Below, one piece after another: positions 40,783 through 51,312 of a DNA stretch of 64,000 nt. The stretch is from Candidatus Bathyarchaeota archaeon (GTDB lineage Archaea; Thermoproteota; Bathyarchaeia; Bathyarchaeales; Bathycorpusculaceae). The notes beneath the pieces were generated by a model. The model was not told the origin of the DNA. It saw only the letters and a program-made list of their open reading frames with translations, and did not search any database. Numbering within the stretch: position 1 is the first letter of the stretch; every line of letters begins with the position of its first letter. Where the stretch lies: assembly GCA_963811105.1 (NCBI GenBank), contig CAWEPZ010000008.1, positions 54,936 through 118,935 of the forward strand. Direction: 5' to 3'. Made by a program: the position numbers and the translations under genes.

Positions 40783-43299
40783 TTAGCGCCGGACGTTTTT
40801 TTTTGAATTTTTGAAATAAGATAATTGGATATGAGAAAATGTAGATGAAGCAAAAGAAGGTTGTTGTCTGTTAGATATTGCTTCTTCATGCCCCATTAAT
40901 CTGAAGAAGTGAATCTTTAACTGGTCGGTTATCAGGAAGCTGAGTAATGCATAACCCCAGACAAAGGCGGCGAATCCCCACCCAATCGGATTCATGAAAA
41001 CGCCGTAGACAGCGAACAATGTGCCAACAACTTGAGTAACCTCAGTAGTGATAAAGAGAATACTGGAAGGAAGCGGACGTTTCCAGAAATGATGCACTCC
41101 TGTGCGTGCTAGATAAATCGTGAGGTGCCCGGCCACTGTCATTTTTAGAAAAATCAGCGTCTGAATCGTGCTGAGGTTCAAATGAAACACGTTTAAGCCA
41201 ATTATGAAAAGGATGAAACTTGAAACGACACCTGTTGCGCCAAGCAGAGAAGCCACAATTAAAACGCCACGCATATTCCAGCGAACGGGTTTTTCCTGAA
41301 CCCTCACATTATCGTAAGCAATTGTCATGATGGGCATGTCATTAAGTAATGCAAGAATAACTATCATAACTGCCGTCAAAGGATAAAAATTGAAGACTAG
41401 AATTGAAAGCGATAAGAAAATTAGAACCCGAGTGGTCTCGGCAATTCGGTAGACGGCATAGTTAGTCATTCGTTCAAAAATTTTGCGGCTTTCTTTTATC
41501 GCATCAATGATAACCGAAAGCCCAGGTTTCGTTAACACCACGTCGGCAGCAGATTTAGCGGCGTCAGTGGCTCCGTCAACGGCTACTCCAGCATCTGCTT
41601 TCTTTAGCGCAGGTGCATCGTTAACTCCGTCACCAGTCATGCCGACAATGTGCCCTGTTTCTTGAAGCAACTGAACAATTCGATACTTATGCTCGGGAAA
41701 AACTTGTGCGAAACCGTCTGCATTTTCAATAATGCCTTTTGTTTCGCTGTCAGGCTTATCTACAAACGAAGAAGCAGGAACTATGTTTGTGCCCAAATTG
41801 ACTTCTTGAGCAATCTGCTTAGCTATGGCAATGTGATCGCCAGTAACCATTTTGACGTTTATGCCCATGTTTTGTGCTGTTTTTATTGTTTCAGCGGAGT
41901 CTTCACGGGGGGGATCGTAAATTGCAAGAAGACCAACTAATTGCCAGTTACCCTGTTCGTCTCCCTTAATTACGCCTAGCGAACGATGACCCTTGCTAGC
42001 AAAAGAGTTTACAATTTCGTTGACTCTATCCTCGATTTCAATTTTGTTTGAAACAAGATCTAAAACAACCTGCGGTGCACCTTTAGCCACTCTGAAGATT
42101 CCCCCATCACGACTCTCTACTGTAGCTTCAGTCTTCTTCGAAACAGGGTCAAACGGCTTAAAATCAACTACACTATATCGACCAAGAACATCGACAACTA
42201 CGTGGATTGACTTAGCTTTGGCAATGACTGCATCGTCAATAGGATCATGATTTTCTGCCCTAGAAGCTAATGCTCCATATAAGAGCGCGTCGTCAATTTC
42301 GAATTTGCCAAAGGCTTGAGCTTCAGCAATAGTGAGCTCATTCTTCGTTATCGTTCCCGTTTTGTCAGAACATAAAACGTCAACTCCAGCCATCTCTTCG
42401 ATTGAAACCAGTTTGCTTACTATGGCTTCTTTTTTGGCGAGAGCGATTGCTCCAACAGCCAAAGTGACTGTTAAAACTGCAGGTAATGCAACAGGTATTG
42501 CGGCCACGGTCAGAACTAGCGCAAATTGCAGAATCTCCAAAGGGTTGGCTTGTCGAACAAGAGCCGCAATAACCACTGCGGAAACCATTATCGCCGCAAG
42601 AATAATCAAATAGTTGCCTATTCTTATGACTGCTTTTTGAAAGTGGCTTCCAGTTTTTGCTTCTGCAACCAACTTGGTGGTTTTGCCAAAAAAACTGCTT
42701 ATTCCAGTTGCGACTACATAAGCATCCATTTCACCTTGCCTAACTATAGCTCCTGCATAAGCAACATCAGAAATATGTTTCTCTACTGGCAGAGATTCAC
42801 CAGTCAACGCAGATTCATCCGCGAGCAAGTAGTCGCCTTTCATGAGCTTAACATCGGCAGGAACTATGTCGCCCAAGCGGACACGTACGACGTCTCCGGG
42901 AACGAGTTCTCTTGAGGGTATCTTCCGCCACATCCCATCTCTCAATACGCGAGCTTCGGGGGCAAGTCGCTTTTTCAACAGCTCTATTGCATTGTCTGCT
43001 TTCCCTTCTTGCCAGAATCCAACCACGGCATTTACAAGTAGCAACGTGAAAATGATTGCAAAATCCTCGTAGTGTTGTATGATTATAGACAGGATTGCCG
43101 CCGCTTCAATCATCCAGGGGATAGGTCCCCAGAAATAGCTCATAAACTTTCGAAAAGGATTTGCTTTCTTTTCTGGGATCTCGTTTGTGCCATACTTCTG
43201 CAGTTTTCTAGCTACTTCTTCGGCTGACAACCCATTTTTGGCGTAGATTGAAAAGGGAGTTTCTTGTTCAATTGCGTTTTTTGACTGACTTGATTTCAC
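40783..43299 (-). CDS. Plasma-membrane proton-efflux P-type ATPase (P3A), copy 1
   Basis: FWGPIPWMIEAAA, TGES, IPVALP, CSDKTGT, KGAP, GDGVNDAPAL and ALLND motifs. Confidence 0.95.
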   Translation of the reverse strand: MKSSQSKNAIEQETPFSIYAKNGLSAEEVARKLQKYGTNEIPEKKANPFRKFMSYFWGPIPWMIEAAAILSIIIQHYEDFAIIFTLLLVNAVVGFWQEGKADNAIELLKKRLAPEARVLRDGMWRKIPSRELVPGDVVRVRLGDIVPADVKLMKGDYLLADESALTGESLPVEKHISDVAYAGAIVRQGEMDAYVVATGISSFFGKTTKLVAEAKTGSHFQKAVIRIGNYLIILAAIMVSAVVIAALVRQANPLEILQFALVLTVAAIPVALPAVLTVTLAVGAIALAKKEAIVSKLVSIEEMAGVDVLCSDKTGTITKNELTIAEAQAFGKFEIDDALLYGALASRAENHDPIDDAVIAKAKSIHVVVDVLGRYSVVDFKPFDPVSKKTEATVESRDGGIFRVAKGAPQVVLDLVSNKIEIEDRVNEIVNSFASKGHRSLGVIKGDEQGNWQLVGLLAIYDPPREDSAETIKTAQNMGINVKMVTGDHIAIAKQIAQEVNLGTNIVPASSFVDKPDSETKGIIENADGFAQVFPEHKYRIVQLLQETGHIVGMTGDGVNDAPALKKADAGVAVDGATDAAKSAADVVLTKPGLSVIIDAIKESRKIFERMTNYAVYRIAETTRVLIFLSLSILVFNFYPLTAVMIVILALLNDMPIMTIAYDNVRVQEKPVRWNMRGVLIVASLLGATGVVSSFILFIIGLNVFHLNLSTIQTLIFLKMTVAGHLTIYLARTGVHHFWKRPLPSSILFITTEVTQVVGTLFAVYGVFMNPIGWGFAAFVWGYALLSFLITDQLKIHFFRLMGHEEAISNRQQPSFASSTFSHIQLSYFKNSKKNVRR

Positions 43300-43575
43300 T
43301 CACAAAGCCTTCTAGTTCGGTAACTGTAAAGGAATTCTAATCGCAAAATAGACAAAAGTCAACACAAAGTCGCTTTTTAATTTTTCTAGTCGATTAACAA
43401 AATCTTCTATATTAAGAGTAAGCTTATGTCACTTTGCTTTACCCATCTTCAGTTTTCGATCCTGCTGTATTTCAGCGCGAGAGGTCTTTCTCTTAGAACC
43501 CTTGTTTCCAAAAATTACGAAGGTCCACTCTCGATTTCCTTCAAATCCAAAGCATTCAGTAAACTTAACAACAAG

Positions 43576-44001
43576 TTATTGTGGGGTGGGGTAGCGCCAA
43601 ATAGCTTCGAGTACGCTTTCAGTAAAGGTTTTTTTGCTCGCATGTTTTGCAAAGTCATTAGCGACTATTATTCCTATGAGTTTGTGGTGCTTCATGACGG
43701 GGAGTCTTCTTATTTTGTTGTTTACCATTCTTCTTGCAGCCACGCTTAGTTGAGCTTCCGGACCAATGGTTATGAGGGGTTTTGTCATTATATCTGAAAT
43801 CTTGGTGTCTATTGGTTTTCTTTTGGCTACCACGCGCCTTACAAAGTCCCTTTCGGTTACTATTCCTCGAGGTGTTTCGCCGTCTAGTACAACTATGTCC
43901 CCAACCCCTTTTTGGACCATTAGTTCTGCAGCTTCAACAATAGTTTTGTCTTTGTCAATTGTTAGCACACCTTCGGTCATAAAATCTTTAACTTTGGGCA
44001 T
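43576..44001 (-). CDS. CBS-domain pair protein
   Basis: GIVTERDF and IRRLPV motifs. Confidence 0.9.
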   Translation of the reverse strand: MPKVKDFMTEGVLTIDKDKTIVEAAELMVQKGVGDIVVLDGETPRGIVTERDFVRRVVAKRKPIDTKISDIMTKPLITIGPEAQLSVAARRMVNNKIRRLPVMKHHKLIGIIVANDFAKHASKKTFTESVLEAIWRYPTPQ

Positions 44002-44244
44002 TGTTATCAAAATATAGTTGTGCCTAATCGGATAAATAATTTGCGACTTCTCAATTCGCAACTTTATCGTCATTCATTGAAGTAATAACTCCCGTTTCCC
44101 TATACAGTTTCTGAGATTGTGTAGGCAAAAAGCGCAATAGCCAAGTTAGAATGTAAGAAATAGGCAAATACGAAACCCCCAGTCAGTGGGGGGCTGCCTC
44201 CACATAAGTATAAAGGACAGCTCTAGATAGAAAGAGACAAAATC

Positions 44245-44565
44245 ATGCTCAAAGGAATAAATACTGATTCGAAAGACCCTGCAAGTTTTCTATTTTCTCT
44301 GAAAGATGTAGAAAATATTTTCTCAGCGTGGGACGAAACACTGAGAAGATGGAAAGATACAAGAGCATTGATTCACCCGTCGAGAATAATTTTCAAAGAT
44401 CAAACAAAATTAAAAAAACTTTACTTGTGTATAAAGAAAACGGAAGCTGAGATATATGGCGAAGAGAATAAAAGTATCTTTAAAATCCTAAAAAATAGTT
44501 TACATTCAGTCTTTTCTGACCAAAGTCAATTCACGCTGAAACATTATTTAATGAATAATCGTTGA
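44245..44565 (+). CDS. Hypothetical protein
   Basis: ORF preceded by TATAAA; no recognised motif. Confidence 0.45.
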   Translation: MLKGINTDSKDPASFLFSLKDVENIFSAWDETLRRWKDTRALIHPSRIIFKDQTKLKKLYLCIKKTEAEIYGEENKSIFKILKNSLHSVFSDQSQFTLKHYLMNNR

Positions 44566-44718
44566 ATTGAGACGCCTCAGTTTTGATTTGTTCCTATAAA
44601 TGAATAAATGTTACTAGTATGTGGACTACCACTATGAGGTAAAATGCTGTAGTCATGCTTACGTGCAAAAATCTCGGAATCGCTATCGGCATTGCTTTTC
44701 AATTGCCTAAAAATAGTT

Positions 44719-46035
44719 TTAAGCAATGGGCTTTGTCTTTTGTGCTCTAAATTCTTCAGCAGTGTAGTCTCTAATTATGCCATGGATACCCTTGCTTATT
44801 ATCCACATAAAAACATAGGATAATACAAAAACCGTACCTAGAACTGCTGGTATAGCAAGCAACTGCAGCCCAAGTTGATGCAATGCTTGCATGCCGCCAC
44901 CAAATAATAGACCATTTGGTAAGCCAGAGCCGCCTCCAAAAGAAGCGAATGAATACTGTGCAAAAAATGCCACCATAATAAAGCCAAATATGCCGCCCAG
45001 AAAGTGACCTGGAAACAGACCAACTGGGTCAGTGAACCATTTGGCTCTTTGAAATATTTTCTCGCCTAAAATGAATACAATCGATCCTAGTATTCCTAGG
45101 ATTACGGCGCTACCTGGACTAATATAACCGGCAACGGGGGTTATAACGATTAAACCTATGAGTATTCCGTTTGCAGCATACAATATACTCGGCATTCTTC
45201 TTGTTTCAAGGTACTTGATAAACATAGTAAACAAAAAGCCAGTTGCAGCAGCCAAAAAAGTGATCATAACCACAATATAGGACTGGATATTTAGTGCTAA
45301 TGTACTTCCTGGATTGAAACCAAACCAGCCAAGCCAAAGAAGAAGAATTGACAAAGACAACCATGGAGTGTTTGGCTTAGGCTGTACTTGTGGGCTTTCT
45401 CGGAATCCTTTCTTTTTTTCCTCTTGCCAAACTCTTAAAACAATAGCTAAACCTGCTGCCCCAGCAGCTCCATGAACAACCAATCCACCTGCAAAATCTC
45501 TTACACCCATAACAAAGAGCCAACCTTGCGGATTCCAAATCCAAGCAGCAGGCAATGCCCAAATGAGAATAAAGTAGGGAATTGAATAAAGAAAGAATGC
45601 TTCCAACTTCATTTTTCTTAGAACAATTACACCGACCAACGCAAGGGTTACTGTAGCGAAAGCGGTTTCAAAGAAGAAATAGGAAGGAAGAGTAACTAGA
45701 TTGTCAAAATACTGTGGACCCATTGACCACCAAACTTGAGTAAATATATCTGCAGAATTGCTTTGGAAACCCCCCATAAACGGAAAATTATATAGAGGAT
45801 TGCCCATTAAGCCCCCGCCTATTGTGGGTGCAAATGCAACGCTAAAGCCGAGAAATGCCATGAAAAAGAATCCAGAGCACGATATCATAATATTCTTCAT
45901 TAAAGCTCTGTTGACGCCTTTGCCAAGTTCACCTCGCTCTAGTATTCCAACTGAAATAGTCATGAGGAAAACAAGGACGCCGCATATCAAGACCCATAGG
46001 TTATTGAAGAGATTTTCTGTTGGAAGAGAAGACAT
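44719..46035 (-). CDS. amt: Ammonium transporter (Amt family)
   Basis: DFAGGLVVH, GWFGFNPGS, DPVG..PGH motifs; multiple TM helices. Confidence 0.92.
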   Translation of the reverse strand: MSSLPTENLFNNLWVLICGVLVFLMTISVGILERGELGKGVNRALMKNIMISCSGFFFMAFLGFSVAFAPTIGGGLMGNPLYNFPFMGGFQSNSADIFTQVWWSMGPQYFDNLVTLPSYFFFETAFATVTLALVGVIVLRKMKLEAFFLYSIPYFILIWALPAAWIWNPQGWLFVMGVRDFAGGLVVHGAAGAAGLAIVLRVWQEEKKKGFRESPQVQPKPNTPWLSLSILLLWLGWFGFNPGSTLALNIQSYIVVMITFLAAATGFLFTMFIKYLETRRMPSILYAANGILIGLIVITPVAGYISPGSAVILGILGSIVFILGEKIFQRAKWFTDPVGLFPGHFLGGIFGFIMVAFFAQYSFASFGGGSGLPNGLLFGGGMQALHQLGLQLLAIPAVLGTVFVLSYVFMWIISKGIHGIIRDYTAEEFRAQKTKPIA

Positions 46036-46051
46036 CTCGGTGCTCTCTCTA

Positions 46052-47200
46052 TTAGTGCAAAATTATTGTCGCAATCAGTCCCAAATGGCTCGTTAATATC
46101 AATACCCCTGAACTGCTTATCGGCAATAAAGACAAAGTTGCTTGTGCTATTGATGGAAAAATTTTCGCGCCTAAGATTATTAGCCATGCTGTAAATACAA
46201 ATGGACCTGTTAAAGTCGGTAGATTAAAACGACTGGTTATTGTGCCGATGAAAGCCGTTACTACAGTTGAGAAAGCTGTGGCGAAAAGCATGACTATGAA
46301 GTTAATTGGTGCGCCATTAAAGGGACTTATTGGCCATAGAAATCCAAGGAAAACACCCATGACGGCCAAGGCTGTTAAGGTTCCGTTAAAACCGTACAGC
46401 CCAATTAGGATGGCGGATCTGTCAGCTTTGAATGCAATCGCGGCTAATGTTGCAGAAAGAGTTCCTATGAATGCTGTAATTCCAGCGAAGTATATTGGAT
46501 ATTGTACTGGAAACCCATAGGGATTTAATGGAATGGTAGCGACGGTTAATCCGATGAAAAGTAAGACTCCTGTCTTCCAGTTTTCCTGGAAGAATACTTG
46601 AGCTATGCCTGTAAAGATCAATTTTACGAATCCGCCAGCGGTGAATTCATTTAATCGTAGGGGTTCTTTTTTCTCTGTGTCTTGAGGATTTTTGAGTAAT
46701 GTGCTTCTTTGTTTTGGTGCAGGTGGAGGACCAGCCAATTTCACGGCGGAAAACTTTTTGGCTGCAAACAGGAAGATCCAAGTTGTTAATACAAACGCTG
46801 AAGTTTCAACAGGAAGGCCAAAAATCTTAGTGAACCAAATTAACGAAGCTGTAATAAAACCAGTTATTAGAGCGCCTATAACCGCTGCAGTTGTTGCTGA
46901 TCTTCCTTTCTCAAGGAACGTATCGCCCAATGCGATAGCCGTTAAAACAGAGTTAAACCCAAAGATTCCATAAGTTAACGCGTTATCAGGTGAAAACAAA
47001 GAAGCTGGTACAAGCTCTATGCCTAAAGCTAAACCAACCAGGCTGCCTGCTATTGATCCAATGACAGCAAAGGCAGCCGCTCTTTTTGAATTAATAGCAA
47101 GAGCAATTACAAAGATAATTCCAACTAAAGGTGACCCCATGAAGAAAACTTGAGCAACTCCGTTAAGAATAAAGTTTATAGTTCCCGAAATTGGATCCAT
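46052..47200 (-). CDS. Urea transporter (UT family)
   Basis: Internal duplication: GVAQVFF / GIAQVFF, GIFGFN / GLYGFN, LPVETSAF / LPTLTGPF. Confidence 0.9.
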   Translation of the reverse strand: MDPISGTINFILNGVAQVFFMGSPLVGIIFVIALAINSKRAAAFAVIGSIAGSLVGLALGIELVPASLFSPDNALTYGIFGFNSVLTAIALGDTFLEKGRSATTAAVIGALITGFITASLIWFTKIFGLPVETSAFVLTTWIFLFAAKKFSAVKLAGPPPAPKQRSTLLKNPQDTEKKEPLRLNEFTAGGFVKLIFTGIAQVFFQENWKTGVLLFIGLTVATIPLNPYGFPVQYPIYFAGITAFIGTLSATLAAIAFKADRSAILIGLYGFNGTLTALAVMGVFLGFLWPISPFNGAPINFIVMLFATAFSTVVTAFIGTITSRFNLPTLTGPFVFTAWLIILGAKIFPSIAQATLSLLPISSSGVLILTSHLGLIATIILH

Positions 47201-47234
47201 AAAAATCACTCTTTTTAGAAGAGGTTTAGCAAGC

Positions 47235-47281
47235 GGTTTAAAGTTATGTTGTTACAATCTGTAACAACATAGTTTTAAACC
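47235..47281. promoter_or_regulatory. 47-bp palindrome: back-to-back TATA boxes flanking a perfect 12-bp inverted repeat
   Basis: GGTTTAAA-GT-TATGTTGTTACA-ATC-TGTAACAACATA-GT-TTTAAACC. Confidence 0.85.
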
Positions 47282-47333
47282 AGCTAGGGAAACTCATAGT
47301 ATTGTTTCTTTTAAAACTAAAAAGGTGAATAAA

Positions 47334-47657
47334 ATGAAACTAGTTCCACGCGAAACAGAAAAAATGATGATTTTTACTGCGGCACGAATGGCTGAGCGAA
47401 GAATGAAAGACGGGCTAAAACTGAATTATCCTGAAGCTGTAGCAATTATAGCTGATTTTGTTCAAGAAGGCGCTCGAAGAGGCGTAATGGTGGCTAAAAT
47501 AGCCAAAGATGCTAGGCATGTTTTGACGATGGAAGACGTAATGCCCAATGTAGCGGATATGATAACTCTGGTGCAGGTGGAGGCAACTTTTCCAGATGGT
47601 ACCAAACTAGTAAGTGTGCATAATCCAATTCAACCAAAGGAGGTAAAGAAGAAATGA
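47334..47657 (+). CDS. ureA: Urease gamma subunit
   Basis: [17 protein letters not shown] and [16 protein letters not shown] motifs. Confidence 0.97.
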   Translation: MKLVPRETEKMMIFTAARMAERRMKDGLKLNYPEAVAIIADFVQEGARRGVMVAKIAKDARHVLTMEDVMPNVADMITLVQVEATFPDGTKLVSVHNPIQPKEVKKK

Positions 47658-48031
47658 CCCCAAACACGGTAGGCCAAATAACTCTTGGAAAAGGAGACAT
47701 AGAGGCATTCCAAACTAGAAAATCAATTAAAATGAAAGTGAAGAACACTGGTGACAGAGGTATCCAAGTGGGTTCACACTTCCACTTCTTTGAGGCGAAC
47801 AGGGCATTAGACTTTGACAGAGAAAATGCATATGGCATGAAACTTGCAATTCCAGCAGGCACAAGCGTAAGATTTGAACCAGGCCAAGAAAAAGAAGTCA
47901 CGCTTGTCGAATTCGGAGGCAAAAAATACATCCATGGATTCAACAACCTCGTCGATGGGAGCGTACGGACCATATACCGAAAAGATATTGCACTTAGAAA
48001 AGCTAAGGAACTTAAGTTCAAAGGAGCATGA
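47654..48031 (+). CDS. ureB: Urease beta subunit
   Basis: [18 protein letters not shown] and [12 protein letters not shown] motifs. Confidence 0.97.
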   Translation: MTPNTVGQITLGKGDIEAFQTRKSIKMKVKNTGDRGIQVGSHFHFFEANRALDFDRENAYGMKLAIPAGTSVRFEPGQEKEVTLVEFGGKKYIHGFNNLVDGSVRTIYRKDIALRKAKELKFKGA

Positions 48032-49752
48032 AAAAAATGAAAATTCCAAGAAAACAATACTTAGACTTGTATGGACCCACAGCAGGCGATAAAATTCAGT
48101 TAGCAGACACAAACTTGATCATTGAAGTAGAAAAGGATTGTACGTCATTTGGCGATGAGTTAGTCTTCGGTGGCGGAAAGACTGCTAGACAAGGAATGGG
48201 CTTGGCGGCTGGCACCACGCAAGCAGATGGAGCTCTTGATCATGTTATCACCAACGTTGTAGTGTTGGATGCGATACTAGGTGTTGTTAAAGCTGACATA
48301 GGCATTAGAAACGGCATGATCGCCGCAATCGGAAAAGCTGGAAATCCAAGTACAATGGATAACGTCACTGAAAACATGGTTGTAAGCAACTCAACCGAAG
48401 TAACTGCTGGAGAAGGACTGATAGCCACTGCCGGCTTCTTCGACACACACGTACACATGATATCTCCACAGCAAGTATACCATGCAATAGGAAACGGCAT
48501 CACAACATATGTCGGGGGAGGCACAGGACCAGCCGATGGAACAAATGCAACTACCTGCACACCTGGACCCTGGAACATAAGAAAAATGATAGAAGCAATT
48601 GAAGGCTTACCAATCAACTGGCTTTTCCTAGGCAAAGCAAATGATAGTAAACCAGACACGATAGTCGAACAACTTGCTGCAGGAGCCGGAGGACTTAAAA
48701 TGCATGAAGACTGGGGAGCAACGAGGGCATCTTTGGACACCGGCTTAAGCGTTGCAGACGAATATGACGTTCAAATAGCGATACACACTGATTCACTAAA
48801 CGAAGGAGGCTACGTTGACGACTCCATCGATGCAATAGATGGAAGGACAGTACATACTTACCACACTGAAGGAGCCGGAGGAGGACATGCACCAGACATT
48901 ATGAAAATATCTGGAGAACCCAACGCATTACCATCCTCAACAAATCCCACTAGACCATATACCGTCAACACTTTAGACGAACATCTTGACATGGTTATGG
49001 TAACTCACCACCTCAATCCCAAAGTCCCCGAAGATGTAGCATTTGCCGAATCAAGAATCAGAGCCGAAACAATAGCCGCGGAAGACGTATTCCATGATTG
49101 GGGCATTCTCAGCATGTATTCAGCTGACAGCCAAGCAATGGGTAGAACAGGAGAAGTCTCAACCAGATGCTGGCAGACTGCACACAAAATGAAGGACCAA
49201 TTTGGCAAGCTCCCTGAAGACGCTCCAGGGAATGACAACTTTAGAGTTTTGAGATACTTAGCTAAACTGAACATAAATCCAGCAATAACCAACGGCGTTT
49301 CCGATTACGTAGGCAGTCTTGAAAAAGGAAAAATGGCTGACATAGTTCTATGGGACCCAAGATTCTTCGGAGCAAAACCAAACATAGTTTTCAAGGGAGG
49401 CTTTATGGCCTATGCCATGATGGGCGACCCCAATGCATCAGTTCCACCAGTTGAACCAGTCTTCTTCAGACCAATGTTTGGAGGATTCGGTGCAGCAAGA
49501 TCAACAACATCGGCATTATTCACATCAAAACTAGCAATTGAAAACGGCATCAAAGAAAAATACGGCATAAAACGCCAAGTTCTACCAGTATACAACGTAA
49601 GAAACTTGGGCAAGCAACATATGATACGGAACAGCACCCTCGGCGAAATAAAAATCGATCCAGAAACATACAAAGTAACATTCAATGGTAAGCCGGCAAC
49701 TTGTGAACCTGCAAAAACATTACCGTTAACTCAGCTCTATCATCTAGTATAG
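48028..49752 (+). CDS. ureC: Urease alpha subunit
   Basis: Ni ligands present in [27 protein letters not shown] and DSQAMGR. Confidence 0.98.
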   Translation: MKKMKIPRKQYLDLYGPTAGDKIQLADTNLIIEVEKDCTSFGDELVFGGGKTARQGMGLAAGTTQADGALDHVITNVVVLDAILGVVKADIGIRNGMIAAIGKAGNPSTMDNVTENMVVSNSTEVTAGEGLIATAGFFDTHVHMISPQQVYHAIGNGITTYVGGGTGPADGTNATTCTPGPWNIRKMIEAIEGLPINWLFLGKANDSKPDTIVEQLAAGAGGLKMHEDWGATRASLDTGLSVADEYDVQIAIHTDSLNEGGYVDDSIDAIDGRTVHTYHTEGAGGGHAPDIMKISGEPNALPSSTNPTRPYTVNTLDEHLDMVMVTHHLNPKVPEDVAFAESRIRAETIAAEDVFHDWGILSMYSADSQAMGRTGEVSTRCWQTAHKMKDQFGKLPEDAPGNDNFRVLRYLAKLNINPAITNGVSDYVGSLEKGKMADIVLWDPRFFGAKPNIVFKGGFMAYAMMGDPNASVPPVEPVFFRPMFGGFGAARSTTSALFTSKLAIENGIKEKYGIKRQVLPVYNVRNLGKQHMIRNSTLGEIKIDPETYKVTFNGKPATCEPAKTLPLTQLYHLV

Positions 49753-50142
49753 ATGCTGAGTCTTCCATCCTTTTTTTGGAGTAACATTAATTTGATTAGA
49801 CATTTTACATTAATTTCCAACGTGAAAAACGGAGAAGTAATTAATCCCCAAAAAGTTAAGCATGGAGAAATTGCTGCTCTTAAAATTTCAAATCTTTCCG
49901 GTTGGATTGATCCAAAAACTCATTTAAATTTAGATTTTCCCAATCATCTCATGCGAGAAGTATTTATAGCAGAGAACTTGGACGTAGGCGGCAGGGTAAT
50001 GCTTGAGGATGAAAGATTTATGACAGCTTTTGTGAATCCTCTAGCATACAAACATTTTGGCTTTGTTGATGAAGCCGAAAGGACTGAGCAGCTTAGAGAA
50101 GCCATTTTGAAAGAAAATAAAGAAAAAGAAAGGGGTTTTTGA
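49753..50142 (+). CDS. Uncharacterised protein between ureC and ureE (start uncertain, possibly GTG 49822)
   Basis: Fills the gap exactly; its stop abuts the ureE start. Confidence 0.6.
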   Translation: MLSLPSFFWSNINLIRHFTLISNVKNGEVINPQKVKHGEIAALKISNLSGWIDPKTHLNLDFPNHLMREVFIAENLDVGGRVMLEDERFMTAFVNPLAYKHFGFVDEAERTEQLREAILKENKEKERGF

Positions 50143-50619
50143 ATGATTGTCTTTGAGAAATTAGCAAGCCAAGTCAACATCAAAAAGATTAAAGAAGTCA
50201 CAGCTAACAGGCAAGATGCAATGAGAGGTAGAGTAAGAACTAAGTTGAGCGATGCAGAAGACCTAATAATCAACTTACCTCGAGGTCAACCAATAGGGCA
50301 AGGTGACATTTTTGGGCCTTCAGAAAAAGGAGACTATTATAAAATATTGATCGAACCTGAACTTGTAATAAGGGTAACTTTAGACAAATCACAGAACGAC
50401 GATGTTATAGAGAAAGCAGTAAAATTAGGCTACAATCTGGGTAATCGACATCTCGAGGTTTTGATGGAAGGTGATGCTGTATTTGTTCCAGTTACAATAG
50501 GTGAAGAAAAGGTCAGGAAAATACTGGAATCCATGAAGTTGCCGATTACGTTCGAATCAGTACAAAAAGTAATATCCATGTCTTCAGCAGGATATCATGC
50601 AGGGGAAGAAGAGGAATGA
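50143..50619 (+). CDS. ureE: Urease accessory protein UreE
   Basis: LGYNLGNRH motif; position in operon. Confidence 0.88.
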   Translation: MIVFEKLASQVNIKKIKEVTANRQDAMRGRVRTKLSDAEDLIINLPRGQPIGQGDIFGPSEKGDYYKILIEPELVIRVTLDKSQNDDVIEKAVKLGYNLGNRHLEVLMEGDAVFVPVTIGEEKVRKILESMKLPITFESVQKVISMSSAGYHAGEEEE

Positions 50620-51290
50620 TTTTGACTGAAGACGAAAAACTTCTAAATTTGCTGAGAACTTCCGATTCATTTTTTCCAATGGGATCATTCGCCATGTCTC
50701 AAGGCATGGAACAGGTAATAAATGAAAATTTGTTGCCTAAAGAAAAAGTTGCAAGAATAATAAACATTTATTTAGAAAAAATCTGGAGAACATTCGACCT
50801 TGGCATCTTCTACCAAGCGTTGGAAGCAATAGAAAAGAATAATATAGAATTATTAAAGAAAATTGATGATATCTGTTATTCTTCTAAAGTTACTGAAGAA
50901 AATAGGTCAGCAATCGTCAAGATGGGGCGTAGCATGATGAATGCAACTGAATTCACAGACGACTCGCTAGGGAAAGCTTACAAGAGTCTTATCAAATCTG
51001 ATGCTGCCAATGGAACGTACCCAGTTGTTTTAGCGCTTGTTTCAGTTCAGTTCAACTTCAAAGATTTAGGCGCTTTATCCCTTTTGTACGTTAACTTGAT
51101 GGAAGTCACCGCTTCGTTAGTCAGAATGGGCGTAATAGATTATATAGAAGCTCAAAAGATTCTGATTAATTCAGTAAAATCAATTCAGGTAAAACCTCTA
51201 AAGTTAACTGATTTACACCAAACTTTTCCATTGGCTGATATCGCCTCAATGAGGCACGAATTAAGCCCAAGTAGAATGTTCATGAGTTAA
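50616..51290 (+). CDS. ureF: Urease accessory protein UreF
   Basis: DSFFPMGSFAMSQGME and DIASMRHE...RMFMS motifs. Confidence 0.92.
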   Translation: MILTEDEKLLNLLRTSDSFFPMGSFAMSQGMEQVINENLLPKEKVARIINIYLEKIWRTFDLGIFYQALEAIEKNNIELLKKIDDICYSSKVTEENRSAIVKMGRSMMNATEFTDDSLGKAYKSLIKSDAANGTYPVVLALVSVQFNFKDLGALSLLYVNLMEVTASLVRMGVIDYIEAQKILINSVKSIQVKPLKLTDLHQTFPLADIASMRHELSPSRMFMS

Positions 51291-51312
51291 AAAAGGAGTT
51301 TGATATAGAAAA

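Noticed and set aside
44118-44200. GGCAAA motifs and a CCCCC/GGGGG hairpin suggesting a riboswitch
   Set aside because: Required paired regions are absent; there is only one short stem.
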